64,000 nucleotides of DNA from an uncultured Chloroflexia bacterium. GTDB taxonomy: Bacteria; Chloroflexota; Limnocylindria; Limnocylindrales; CSP1-4. The stretch covers positions 992,001 to 1,056,000 of the forward strand of contig CAVVCZ010000004.1 in NCBI GenBank assembly GCA_963746845.1, written 5' to 3'. How positions within the stretch are numbered: the stretch's first letter is position 1; each line of letters starts with the position of its first letter. The translations under genes were made by a program, and so were the position numbers. Below the pieces are notes generated by a model that was given only the letters and a program-made list of their open reading frames with translations, did not search any database and was not told the origin of the DNA. Of the stretch, positions 55,061-64,000 are shown piece by piece.

Positions 55061-56644
55061 GTGACGCGCCTGCTGGGGGCCCTGGCTCTCCTTGCCTTGT
55101 TCGGGCTGATCGCCGCCCTTGTCGCCGTGCCCACGGCGACCGACTCGTGGTTCGATGGCGGGATCCGATCGATCATGGCCGCGGTCATCGCGGGGCTGGT
55201 CGGCGTGATGATGACGGCCCTCCTCGTCTTCATCTACGCGCGCTTCCGTCTGCCCCGTCTCGTGAAGGCCGCCGAGCGGATGGCGGACGGTGAGCTCGGC
55301 GTCAGCGTGGGCTCGAAGCCGAGCGGCGGCGGGCTCGAGGGGCGGCTCGCGCGGGCCCTCGATCGTCTGTCGGTCGCGCTCGTCGAGACGACGGATGCCG
55401 CGACGATGGACCGGCTCACGGGCGTCAGCAACCGCGCCACGCTGCTCGCGGCGCTGTTCGCGGAGGTCGAGCGGTCGAACCGCTACGAGCGGCCGCTGTC
55501 GGTCGCGTTCGTCGACATCGACCACTTCAAGGCCGTGAACGACTCCTACGGGCACGCCGCGGGCGACGTCGTGCTGCGCGGCGTGGCCCAGGCGATCAAG
55601 ACGAACCTCCGGACCTCGGACTCGATCGGCCGGTACGGCGGCGAGGAGTTCATGCTTCTCCTGACCGAGACCGACATCGAGGAGGGGGCGGTCCTCACCG
55701 AGAAGCTCCGCAACCTCGTCGCCCGCCAGCGCTTCGCGATCGGCCCCGACCAGGAGATCAGCGTCACGATCTCCATCGGGATCGCCGGTGGCGGCGGCGG
55801 TCTCCTCCGGACGGACACGCTCGTGCGGGACGCGGACGCGGCGATGTACTCGGCGAAGTCGCTCGGGCGCAACCAGACGTACGTGTTCGCGGAGCCGGAC
55901 GAGGACGCCCGCGTCCCGCGGGCCCCGATCTCGCCGGCCGGCCGGGCGCTCGCGGTCGAGGTCGGCCGGGCCGCACGCGACGCCGCGACCGCGAGCCTGA
56001 CGTCGGTGATCGCCCCGCTCCCCCACTATCGCGGCCAGCCGTCTCCCCTGATCGCCTCGATCGTCACGATCATGGCCGGCAGCCTCGACCTGCCGGAGGG
56101 CGAGGTCGACCGGATCCGGGTGGCCGCGCTCCTGCACGACGTGGGCAAGGTCGCGGTGCCACAGGACATCCTCGACAAGCCGTCGGCGCTCACGAGCACC
56201 GAATGGCGGACGGTCGTCCAGCACCCCCGGATCGGCCAGGTGATCCTCGAGCAGGCGGCCGCCCTCAAGGAGGCCGTCCCGATCATCCTCCACCACCACG
56301 AGCGCTACTCCGGCCACGGCTATCCATTCGGGCTCCGTGGCAACGACATCCCGCTCGGCGCGCGGATCGTGGCCATCGCCGACGCCTACGACGCGATGAC
56401 CCACGACCGGCCGTACAAGCGGGCGATCGGCCACGACGACGCCGTCAAGGAGCTCCGCCGCCACGCCGGCACCCAGTTCGACCCGGAGCTCGTCACGCTG
56501 TTCTGCGACCTGTTCGCGAACCAGGCCCCGTCGCCCGACCCGACCGTCCTCGCGATCACCGAGGCGCCGGCCGCGTTCGAGGTCGCCCACCGCCGCCGCC
56601 GGCGTCGCCCGTCCGCGGGCGGAACCGGGTCCGCCGCCAGCTGA
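55061..56644 (+). CDS. Membrane HAMP - GGDEF - HD-GYP c-di-GMP turnover protein
   Basis: Two TM helices, a HAMP-like segment, DRLTG, DIDHFKAVND.YGH..GD, RTSD..GRYGGEEF, then LLHDVGK, HHHERY.G.GYP, IADAYDAMT. Confidence 0.92.
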   Translation: MTRLLGALALLALFGLIAALVAVPTATDSWFDGGIRSIMAAVIAGLVGVMMTALLVFIYARFRLPRLVKAAERMADGELGVSVGSKPSGGGLEGRLARALDRLSVALVETTDAATMDRLTGVSNRATLLAALFAEVERSNRYERPLSVAFVDIDHFKAVNDSYGHAAGDVVLRGVAQAIKTNLRTSDSIGRYGGEEFMLLLTETDIEEGAVLTEKLRNLVARQRFAIGPDQEISVTISIGIAGGGGGLLRTDTLVRDADAAMYSAKSLGRNQTYVFAEPDEDARVPRAPISPAGRALAVEVGRAARDAATASLTSVIAPLPHYRGQPSPLIASIVTIMAGSLDLPEGEVDRIRVAALLHDVGKVAVPQDILDKPSALTSTEWRTVVQHPRIGQVILEQAAALKEAVPIILHHHERYSGHGYPFGLRGNDIPLGARIVAIADAYDAMTHDRPYKRAIGHDDAVKELRRHAGTQFDPELVTLFCDLFANQAPSPDPTVLAITEAPAAFEVAHRRRRRRPSAGGTGSAAS

Positions 56645-56983
56645 CGGTCCCGCGGCGCCGTCTCACGGTCGGCGCCCGCGCGCGCGGGTGATCCGGAGGT
56701 GAGCGGGCCATAACCATGCGCAAAGGGTCCCCTGCTAGGGTCCACTTGCCCGCCAGGCATCAGCCGGCTCCGCCGAGCGAGTTCCGTCCACGGTCCGCCG
56801 ACCCCCGATGGTCCGAGGACTCGCCGGATGGCCCGACCGCCGGGGCCGGCGCCTTCCCTCCGCCGAGCCAGACCCGCCGATTGCCCGCCGTGTCGTGCCG
56901 CCGATCGGCCGCGGAAGCGGCCGAAGTTGAACGCAGGGTCGCCCGACCGATCGTCGGGCCGACCGAGAAGGAGTACGCGGACC

Positions 56984-57454
56984 GTGAACAAGGTCCTGTT
57001 GACCGGTCGCCTGACGCGCGACCCGGAGATGCGCAGCCTGTCGAGCGGCAAGGCCGTGACGCAGTTCAGCATCGCCACCAACGAGTACATCGGCCAGGGC
57101 AAGGAGAAGGCCGAGTACCACAACATCGTGACGTGGGACCGGCTGGCCCAGACGTGCGGCGAGTTCCTCGGCAAGGGCCAGCAGGTTGCCGTCGAGGGCC
57201 GGATCCAGACCCGCAGCTGGGACGACGATCGCGGCGTCCGGCACTGGAAGACGGAGATCGTCGCGAGCCACGTCGAGATGCTCTCGGGCCGCCGCAAGAA
57301 GGACTACGCGGCGGAGTCGGCGGCGAACGGGCTCGCGGCCCAGGCGGCCGCCTACGGCGACGCGGCCGAGGACGACGGCGAGGCGGCGGCGATCGAGGCC
57401 GCTGCGGAACCGATCCCCGAGGACGAGGAGGTCGAGGCCGTCGTCGCGGCCTGA
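56984..57454 (+). CDS. ssb: Single-stranded DNA-binding protein
   Basis: NKVLLTGRLTRDPE, KGQQVAVEGRIQTRSW, KTEIVA. GTG start with an AAGGAG SD. Confidence 0.93.
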   Translation: MNKVLLTGRLTRDPEMRSLSSGKAVTQFSIATNEYIGQGKEKAEYHNIVTWDRLAQTCGEFLGKGQQVAVEGRIQTRSWDDDRGVRHWKTEIVASHVEMLSGRRKKDYAAESAANGLAAQAAAYGDAAEDDGEAAAIEAAAEPIPEDEEVEAVVAA

Positions 57455-57477
57455 TCCCCGATCACGATCGTTCCCTC

Positions 57478-57511
57478 GGACCGGCGGCGGCCCCCCTCCC
57501 GCCGCCGGTCC
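57478..57511. terminator. Hairpin between convergent ssb and cax
   Basis: Perfect 13-bp stem GGACCGGCGGCGG-N8-CCGCCGCCGGTCC. Confidence 0.65.
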
Positions 57512-57564
57512 CTCCTCACGCCGGGCGTGCGGGGCGACCCGCGACCCCGCGAACCCCGTGGCCG

Positions 57565-58683
57565 TCAGGCGAGCTCGTAGAACGCGGCCGCGAGGATCAG
57601 GTAGACGATCACGAGCAGCGCGCCCTCGAGCCAGTTCGACTCGCCGTCGAGGGCGATCAGCGCGCTGATCCCGACGGCCGCCGCGATGGCGGCGACCTCG
57701 AGCGGCAGGAACACGAGGTTCATCTCGTGGCCGGTCAGCACGCCGATCAGCACGAGCACGGGCGCCACGAACAGGGCGACCTGGAGGCTCGCGCCGTACG
57801 ACACGGCCATCGAGAACTCCATCTTGTTCTTGAACGCGAGCTGGACGGCGACGAGCTGCTCGGCGAGGTTGCCGATCACGGGCAGGATCACCACACCGAC
57901 GAAGAACGTCGTGAGGCCGAGCGTGTTCACGACCGGCTCGATCGCCCCGACGAGGATCTCGGAGAGCACGGCCAGCAGGACGGCGGCGCCGACGAGCACG
58001 ACGGTAGCCTCCCGGCCGGTCCAGCCGCGGCGGGTGTCCGGCCCGCGCGCCTCGTGGCCGCCGAGCGTCGTCGCCGGGTTCGTGAACTGGTACACGAGCG
58101 ACAGTCCGTAGCCGACGATCAGGAAGATCGAGACGAGCACGGAGTCCTCGACGACGCTTCCCGAGCTCGTCGGCGTGCTGAACGCGAGCACGGCCGGGAT
58201 CAGCAGCCCGATCACGGCCAGGACGAGCAGCGCGGCGTTCGATCCGGCGACCTCGCGGCTGAACGTCTGGCGACCGTTCCTGATCCCGCCGACGAGCACG
58301 CTCAACCCGAGGACAAGCAGCAGGTTGCCGATGATCGAACCGGTCAGGCTCGCCTTCACGACGTCGATCAGGCCCTCCTGGAGCGCAAAGAAGGCGATGA
58401 TCAGCTCGGCGATGTTGCCGAACGTCGCGTTGAGGATCCCCCCGACCTGCGGGCCGGTGATCTCCCCGAGCCGCTCGGTCGCCTGGCCGATGAGCGAGGC
58501 CAGGCCGAGGATCGACAGGGCCGACAGCCCGAAGACCAGCGTCGGCTCGAGGTCCGGGTTCAGGGTGTGGCCGGCGATCGTCACGATCGCCAGGGCAAGG
58601 ACGAAGAGCATCGTGCCGCGCGCCAGCCGCGACATGGCCCCGATGATCGGGAGGCGACGCGGGGTCACGGTCGGCTCAGTCAT
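57565..58683 (-). CDS. cax: Ca2+/H+ antiporter (CAX/ChaA family)
   Basis: Alpha repeats NATFGNIAEL and IGNLAE, GSIIGNLLL, GASLQVALF, DGESNWLEG. Confidence 0.93.
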   Translation of the reverse strand: MTEPTVTPRRLPIIGAMSRLARGTMLFVLALAIVTIAGHTLNPDLEPTLVFGLSALSILGLASLIGQATERLGEITGPQVGGILNATFGNIAELIIAFFALQEGLIDVVKASLTGSIIGNLLLVLGLSVLVGGIRNGRQTFSREVAGSNAALLVLAVIGLLIPAVLAFSTPTSSGSVVEDSVLVSIFLIVGYGLSLVYQFTNPATTLGGHEARGPDTRRGWTGREATVVLVGAAVLLAVLSEILVGAIEPVVNTLGLTTFFVGVVILPVIGNLAEQLVAVQLAFKNKMEFSMAVSYGASLQVALFVAPVLVLIGVLTGHEMNLVFLPLEVAAIAAAVGISALIALDGESNWLEGALLVIVYLILAAAFYELA

Positions 58684-59578
58684 CGGCCGTCGCACCCCGA
58701 TCGGGCGGCCGGTACAGGCGGCGGCGCGACAGCCCGGTCTCGGCGGCGACCTGCCGGGCGGCCTCGCCGCGCGACGTCCCGGCCGCCGCCCGTCGGTCGA
58801 CCTCCGCGAGGGCGGCGACGAGCGGGTCCGTGGCCGCCATGCCGCCGGGAGCGGCGACGGGCAGGGCCGAATCGCGGATCGCCCCGACGACCAGGACGAA
58901 CTCTCCTCGGAGCGTCAGCTCGCCGCTCCGTGCCCGCTCGGCCAGCGTGCCGAGGGACGCGCGGACGATCTCCTCGTGGAGCTTCGTGAGCTCGCGACAG
59001 GCCGCGGCCGGCCGGTCTGCTCCGCACACTGCGGCCAGGTCGACCAGCGTGGCGGCGACCCGGTTCGGCGCCTCGAACAGCACCGAGCCCCGCGGGTCTG
59101 CGGCGATCCGGCCGAGCCGCTCCCGGCGCTCGCGCCCGGAGCGTGGCAGGAACCCCTCGAACGACCAGCGCGGACCGGCGATCCCGGAGCCGGCCACGGC
59201 CGCCAGCACCGCGGACGCCCCGGGGATCGGCACCACCGTCCCGCCCTCGCCGCTCCATGCGGCGACGAGGTCGTCGCCGGGATCGCTGACGCCGGGCGTC
59301 CCGGCGTCCGTCACGAGCGCGACGTCCTCGCCGCCCCGGAGGCGGCCCAGCAGCTCCACCGTCCGGCGCGGCCCGCTCCGGACGTGATAGCTGATCGTCC
59401 GCGTCGAGATCCCGTGGCGGTCGAGCAGGCGCCGCGTCAGCCGGGTGTCCTCGGCCGCGATCACGGACACCGCCCGCAGCACGTCCACGGCCCGGATGGT
59501 CATGTCGGCGAGGTTCCCGATCGGCGTCGCCACGACGAACAGCCGGCCCGGGGTGACGTCGCCGGGTGCGCGGGTCAC
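58676..59578 (-). CDS. rsmI: 16S rRNA C1402 2'-O-methyltransferase
   Basis: LFVVATPIGNL, AAEDTR, TDAGTPGVSDPG, PIPGASA, FEGFLPR, RELTKLHEE. Confidence 0.96.
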   Translation of the reverse strand: MTRAPGDVTPGRLFVVATPIGNLADMTIRAVDVLRAVSVIAAEDTRLTRRLLDRHGISTRTISYHVRSGPRRTVELLGRLRGGEDVALVTDAGTPGVSDPGDDLVAAWSGEGGTVVPIPGASAVLAAVAGSGIAGPRWSFEGFLPRSGRERRERLGRIAADPRGSVLFEAPNRVAATLVDLAAVCGADRPAAACRELTKLHEEIVRASLGTLAERARSGELTLRGEFVLVVGAIRDSALPVAAPGGMAATDPLVAALAEVDRRAAAGTSRGEAARQVAAETGLSRRRLYRPPDRGATADD

Positions 59579-60456
59579 TGCCGCGCGGAGCCGGGTCGCC
59601 GCCGCGGGTACAGGTAGTCGACACCGGCGGTCCGCGGACCGAGCTTTGCGATCGGCGGGACCTGGCGCTTGAACTCGGACGTCGCGATCATCCGGTCGAC
59701 CCGCGCGACGAGGTCGAGATCGAAGCCGAGCGCCGCCATCTCGTCGTCGGACCGGCGGTGGTCGACCCGCCAGTACAGCAGCCGGTCGAGGACCGGGTAC
59801 GAGAAGCCCGCCTCGGCCTCATCGGTCTGGCCCGGCCACAGGTCGGCGGACGGCGCCTTGCGGATGATCGCCTCCGGCACGCCGATCGCCGCCGACACCT
59901 GGCGGACCTGGCTCTTGTACAGGTCGCCGATCGGGTTGAAGGCGCATGCCGAGTCACCGAAGAGGGTCGTGTAGCCGATCAGGGACTCGGTTTTGTTGCC
60001 GGTCCCGACGACGAGCCCGCCCCACGTGACCGAGCGGTCGTACAGGACGATCATCCGCTGACGGGCCATGACGTTGCCGCGCCGGATCGGCGATGCGTCC
60101 GGCGTCGGGTCGAAGAACGCATCGACCATCGGGCTGATGTCGACCGTCTCGCTCGCGGTGCCGAGGCGCCGGACGACCTCTGCGGCGTCCTCGCGCGATG
60201 CGTCGGCAGAGCTCCGATACGGCATCAGGACGCACAGCAGCCGCTCCGGGCCGATCGCCTCCGCGACGAGGTACGCGACCAGGGCCGAGTCGATCCCGCC
60301 CGACAGCCCGAGCACCGCCCGCTCGAACCCCGCCTGACGAAGCTGCCCGCGGATGAACTCGCCGATGACCCGCCGGGCGATGTCCGTGTCGATCGCCAGT
60401 TCGTCGGGCAGCTCGAACAGCGGGTCCGGCGTCCGAGCGGCGGTCGCCTCGGTCAC
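59575..60456 (-). CDS. nadE: NAD+ synthetase (synthetase subunit only)
   Basis: LGLSGGIDS, GNVMARQRM, GTGNKTE, GDLYKSQV, KAPSADLW, SEFKR. Confidence 0.95.
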   Translation of the reverse strand: MTEATAARTPDPLFELPDELAIDTDIARRVIGEFIRGQLRQAGFERAVLGLSGGIDSALVAYLVAEAIGPERLLCVLMPYRSSADASREDAAEVVRRLGTASETVDISPMVDAFFDPTPDASPIRRGNVMARQRMIVLYDRSVTWGGLVVGTGNKTESLIGYTTLFGDSACAFNPIGDLYKSQVRQVSAAIGVPEAIIRKAPSADLWPGQTDEAEAGFSYPVLDRLLYWRVDHRRSDDEMAALGFDLDLVARVDRMIATSEFKRQVPPIAKLGPRTAGVDYLYPRRRPGSARQ

Positions 60457-61430
60457 GGGCGCACCTCCTCGGTCGCCTCACGGAACCCGATCGGCTCGTG
60501 GATCGGCTCGCCCGGCGCGACATCGAGACCAGCCTCCGCGAGATCGTCGGCGGTCGAATCCGAGGCGAGCCCGGCCCGCTCGGCGACGATCCGGGTCAGC
60601 TCGCGGACCTGGAGCTCCGGGCGCTCGTCGCGCAGGAGCGGCAGGGACAGCCGCTCACGACGGAGATCGGCGAGCGGGACATCGACGGTGAACAGCCCCT
60701 CCTCGAAGAACGGGGCGCTGAACAGCGCCTGGCCGTTCGGGGCGATCACCTCCGACCCACCCCAGAACGAGATCGATTCGTCGACCCCGACCCGGTTGCA
60801 GAAGATCACGACCGACGTCGTCAGCTGCGCGTAGGTCCGCATCAGCGTCCGCCACGAGGTCGCCGTCCCGAGCCCGACCTCGTTCGTCGCCGCGAGGTCG
60901 CGACCGGGCGAGGACGAGACGTTCACGAGGATCTGGGCGCCGTCGAGGGCGAGGAGCTGCGCGACGGTCAGATGCCAGAAGTCCTCGCAGACCGCCAGCC
61001 CGAGGCCGACCCCGATCCGCGACGGCGTTGCCCGCAGGAGATCACCCGCGGCGAAGAACCGCCGCTCGTCGAACAGCCCGTACGTGGGGAGGAAGAGCTT
61101 CCTGTGGACGTGCCGGATCCGGCCGTCCTCGAGGAGCGCCGCGGCGATGAACAGCCGGTGGTCCGCGGATTCCTCGACGAACGACACGATGACCGACAGG
61201 TCACGGGTCGCCGCCGCAAGCCCCGCCAGGCGTGGGTCGTCGAGCCGGATCGCGACCTCCGCGGCCAGGTCCTGGAGCTGGTACCCGGTCAGCCCGAGCT
61301 CCGGGAAGACGACGAGGCCGGCCCCGTGGCCCCGCGCCTCCTCGATGAGCGCGTGATGCCGTTCGAGGTTCGCGTCGAACAGCCCGAGCTGCGGCGCGAT
61401 CTGGGCCAGGGCGACAGTCAGCGTCTGCAC
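60453..61430 (-). CDS. Carbon-nitrogen hydrolase (glutaminase subunit of NAD synthetase)
   Basis: Catalytic triad E (VFPEL), K (HRKLFLPTYGLFDE.R.F) and C (VCEDFW). Coupled to nadE by a GTGA overlap; leaderless GTG at 61430. Confidence 0.9.
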   Translation of the reverse strand: MQTLTVALAQIAPQLGLFDANLERHHALIEEARGHGAGLVVFPELGLTGYQLQDLAAEVAIRLDDPRLAGLAAATRDLSVIVSFVEESADHRLFIAAALLEDGRIRHVHRKLFLPTYGLFDERRFFAAGDLLRATPSRIGVGLGLAVCEDFWHLTVAQLLALDGAQILVNVSSSPGRDLAATNEVGLGTATSWRTLMRTYAQLTTSVVIFCNRVGVDESISFWGGSEVIAPNGQALFSAPFFEEGLFTVDVPLADLRRERLSLPLLRDERPELQVRELTRIVAERAGLASDSTADDLAEAGLDVAPGEPIHEPIGFREATEEVRP

Positions 61431-61706
61431 GGCCCGAGCATAAACGCTGCGATCGGGGCCGCCCGGCGCGGGCGCCGGGCGGAGGGAGGGACCGCCGGCG
61501 ACAGGGACTCGAGATTCTTTGAACGATCGAGGCCTCTTTCGTGTACCTCCATCCGGGCGTCCCGACCATGGCGACGCTCCATACGCGCGTGCTATCGTGC
61601 GCGGCACCCGCGACCTGCGGCCTGTGGGCCGATCGCGCGCGGAACGGACGCTCCGAGGATCGAATGCGACGCATCCCACCGGAGCCGTTTGAGGAGGAGC
61701 CAGGGC

Positions 61707-63440
61707 ATGTCCCGATCCACGCGATGGTCGCGCCTCGCCCCGTTGGGCGTCGTTGCGATCCTCTTCGCCGCCTGTAGCGGCTCGGCGACCCCATCGCCGA
61801 GCGCTTCGACCGCGCCGGCCCCGTCAACGGCCGCGAGCCAGGCGGCCCCGTCGCCCAGCGAGGCGGCATACGCGGGCGTCAGCTACCCCGACACGGCGGT
61901 CGACTGCGCGAACCGGCCCGCCGGCTACAACGGCGAGTTCAGCCAGATCAAGGCGGTCGATCGGCTCACGGTCGAGTTCGACCTGTGCGCGCCGGACGTC
62001 TCGTTCCTGTCCAAGCTTGCCTTCGCGACGAACGGCATCCAGGACTCGGACTGGCTCGACAAGCACGCGCCGGACAAGTCGTACGTCAAGACGATGAATG
62101 GCACCGGCCCGTACAAGTTCAAGGAGTGGGTCCAGGGCGATCACATCACCCTCGAGGCCAATCCTGACTACTGGGGCACCAAGGCCATCGCCAACACCCT
62201 GATCTTCAAGTGGAGCGACACGGCGGCCCAGCGCCTCCAGGAGCTCCAGTCGGGTGCCGCAGACGGGATCGACAACGTCGGCACGGACGACTACGCCACG
62301 GTCCAGGGCGACTCGACCCTGGCGCTCGTCAACCGCGACGCGTTCAGCATCCTGTACCTCGGGTTCAACGTGGACGATCCGCCGTGGGACAACGAGAAGG
62401 TCCGCCAGGCGATCGCCATGGGCATCGACCGGAAGCGGATCAACGACACGTTCGACCCGCCCGGCTCGGAGGCTGCCGACTACTTCACGCCGTGCAGCGT
62501 CCCCGGCGGATGCGAAGGCGACAAGTGGTACGACACGAACGTCGAGACGGCCAAGCAGATGCTGAAGGACGCGAACTTCGACTTCAGCAAGACCTATGAC
62601 TTCTACTTCCGCCCGAAGGTCCGGCAATACGTGCCGAACCCGCCCGGCGTCGCCCAGGACATCCAGGCCCAGTTCAAGAACCTGGGGATCAACATCAAGC
62701 TCCACCAGGAGGACAACGCGGCCTACCTGCCGAACTCGAGCAAGGGCCAGTACTCGATGTTCCTGCTCGGCTGGGGCGGCGACTATCCGGACATGACCGA
62801 CTGGGTCGACTACCACTTCGGCAAGGGCGCCAACGGCGCCTTCGGCAAGAAGTTCGACGACATCACGTCCCTCCTCAGCAAGGCTGCGTCCGAGACGGAC
62901 GCGACCGCCCGCCTGGGTGAGTACAAGGACGCCAACAACCTGATCCGCCAGCACGTCCCGATGATCCCGCTCACGCACGCCGCTTCGGCGATGGCGTGGA
63001 AGGCGGACGTCACCGGCGTCAAGGCGTCACCGCTCGGCGTCGACATCTTCTCGGTGATGGATCCGGCCGGTCGCGGCCAGATCGTGTTCCAGCAGAACGC
63101 CGAGACGTCGGGGCTGTACTGCGGCGACGAGAGCGACGGCGACTCGCTTCGCAACTGCGAGCAGGTCTACGAGCCGCTCTACGCCTACGAGATCGGCGGA
63201 ACCGGCACCGTGCCGGCCCTCGCCACCAAGTGCGAGCCGAACAGCGACGGCACGAAGTGGACCTGCACGCTGCGCGACGGCGTGAAGTTCCAGGACGGCG
63301 CCGCCTTCGACGCGAACGACGTCATCGCGACCTTCGCGGCCCAGTGGGACACGAAGAACAAGAACCACGTCGGCAACGCCGGCACGTTCGACTACTTCCC
63401 GGCCCTCTGGGGCGGCTACCTCAACCCGCCGGCCTCCTGA
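61707..63440 (+). CDS. Peptide/nickel ABC transporter substrate-binding lipoprotein (family 5), circularly permuted
   Basis: Lipobox LFAAC, GTGPYKF.EW..GDHITL..NPDYWG, KVRQAIAMGIDR, and, at the C-terminus, PALA...SDGTKWT.TLRDGVKF.DG..FDANDV. GAGGAGG SD. Confidence 0.92.
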   Translation: MSRSTRWSRLAPLGVVAILFAACSGSATPSPSASTAPAPSTAASQAAPSPSEAAYAGVSYPDTAVDCANRPAGYNGEFSQIKAVDRLTVEFDLCAPDVSFLSKLAFATNGIQDSDWLDKHAPDKSYVKTMNGTGPYKFKEWVQGDHITLEANPDYWGTKAIANTLIFKWSDTAAQRLQELQSGAADGIDNVGTDDYATVQGDSTLALVNRDAFSILYLGFNVDDPPWDNEKVRQAIAMGIDRKRINDTFDPPGSEAADYFTPCSVPGGCEGDKWYDTNVETAKQMLKDANFDFSKTYDFYFRPKVRQYVPNPPGVAQDIQAQFKNLGINIKLHQEDNAAYLPNSSKGQYSMFLLGWGGDYPDMTDWVDYHFGKGANGAFGKKFDDITSLLSKAASETDATARLGEYKDANNLIRQHVPMIPLTHAASAMAWKADVTGVKASPLGVDIFSVMDPAGRGQIVFQQNAETSGLYCGDESDGDSLRNCEQVYEPLYAYEIGGTGTVPALATKCEPNSDGTKWTCTLRDGVKFQDGAAFDANDVIATFAAQWDTKNKNHVGNAGTFDYFPALWGGYLNPPAS

Positions 63441-63461
63441 TCCGGCGCAGCTGAACCGAAC

Positions 63462-63494
63462 CGAAGGGGCGTCGCAGACTGCGACGCCCCTTCG
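63462..63494 (+). terminator. Stem-loop after the SBP gene
   Basis: Perfect stem CGAAGGGGCGTCGCA-GAC-TGCGACGCCCCTTCG. Confidence 0.75.
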
Positions 63495-63555
63495 CCATCC
63501 TCCCTCGTCGGGACGGCCGATTGACCGTCCGCACCCACCTCTGCAGGCGGTGTGA

Positions 63556-64000
63556 GTGGCGACCTACATCCTGCGGCGCGTGATCCTGACGATCCCGGTC
63601 CTGTTCGGGATCCTCGTGCTCGTGTTCTTCCTGAACCGCGTGCTGCCCGGCAGCCAGTGCTACGCATTGCTCGGTGAGCGGGCGACACCCGCCCAGTGCG
63701 CCGCCTTCGACCACGCGCAGGGGTTCGACCGGCCGATCCCGGTGCAGTTCGCCGATTACATCGGCAAGATCGCCCAGGGCGACCTCGGCTCGTCGATCAA
63801 GAACTCGACACCGGTCACGACGCTCCTGATCCAGCGTCTCCCGCTGACGATCGAGCTGACGTTCTACGCGCTCTTCTTCGCGACGATCTTCGGCGTCATC
63901 CTCGGCATCATCTCCGCGTATCGGCGGAACTCGGCGGTGGACGTGGTCACCGTCGCGGGCGCCAACGTCGGGGTCTCGATCCCGATCTTCGTGCTGGGCC
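63556..64000 (+). CDS. Peptide ABC transporter permease (DppB/OppB-type), running off the window
   Basis: VATYILRRVILTIPVLFGI...LPG...GFDRPIPVQF..Y...IAQGDLGSS...RLPLTIEL. Confidence 0.9.
   Translation, partial: MATYILRRVILTIPVLFGILVLVFFLNRVLPGSQCYALLGERATPAQCAAFDHAQGFDRPIPVQFADYIGKIAQGDLGSSIKNSTPVTTLLIQRLPLTIELTFYALFFATIFGVILGIISAYRRNSAVDVVTVAGANVGVSIPIFVLG

Noticed and set aside
56775-56860. ykkC/guanidine-I-like GAGTTCCG...TGGTCCGAG in the ssb leader
   Set aside because: The conserved 3' portion (GGGAYAAAAGCCCG) is absent and the gene context does not fit.
60498-61706. N-terminal extension of the SBP ORF
   Set aside because: It is antisense to the glutaminase gene. The real start at 61707 has an SD and a lipoprotein signal, so the extension does not supply the missing N-terminal SBP segment.

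Overview
Very GC-rich bacterial chromosomal window, gene-dense and almost all core or metabolic. The gene content and style (CIRCE-regulated groESL, many leaderless genes, Ser/Pro-rich lipoprotein linkers, xPPTD-type C-terminal anchor) suggest Chloroflexota, possibly Ca. Limnocylindria; this is inference only. From left to right: the end of a sugar ABC operon with a GH116 glycosidase; gatC-gatA, an aminotransferase and an adenylate-cyclase/STAND/TPR protein; cupin, GNAT, RidA and ligA; a ROK-controlled xylose locus (xylA, xylB, ROK-xylFHG) with a divergent Gfo/Idh/MocA - CRTAC1/ASPIC - M24-like - mutarotase operon; pcrA; surface proteins; groESL; tatD, VOC and metG; a tightly coupled pur operon (purA-D-B-C-S-Q-L-F-M plus a PurN-PurH fusion); a GGDEF/HD-GYP protein, ssb, cax, rsmI and a split glutaminase + NadE; and the start of a peptide ABC operon. 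No CRISPR array, rRNA, tRNA, integrase or transposase was seen. The most notable observations are: (1) an unclassified attenuator-like leader upstream of the pur operon (leader peptide, PyrR-like loop, terminator); (2) a MetRS whose HIGH signature reads GVHT, preceded by a Met-containing uORF leader; (3) a circularly permuted family-5 solute-binding protein; (4) uncharacterised CRTAC1 and metal-site-altered M24 proteins in the xylose locus, plus a matching ROK operator at two promoters; (5) a dispersed inverted-repeat (REPIN/MITE-like) family; (6) the PurN-PurH fusion and a 35-aa sORF bridging purA and purD.
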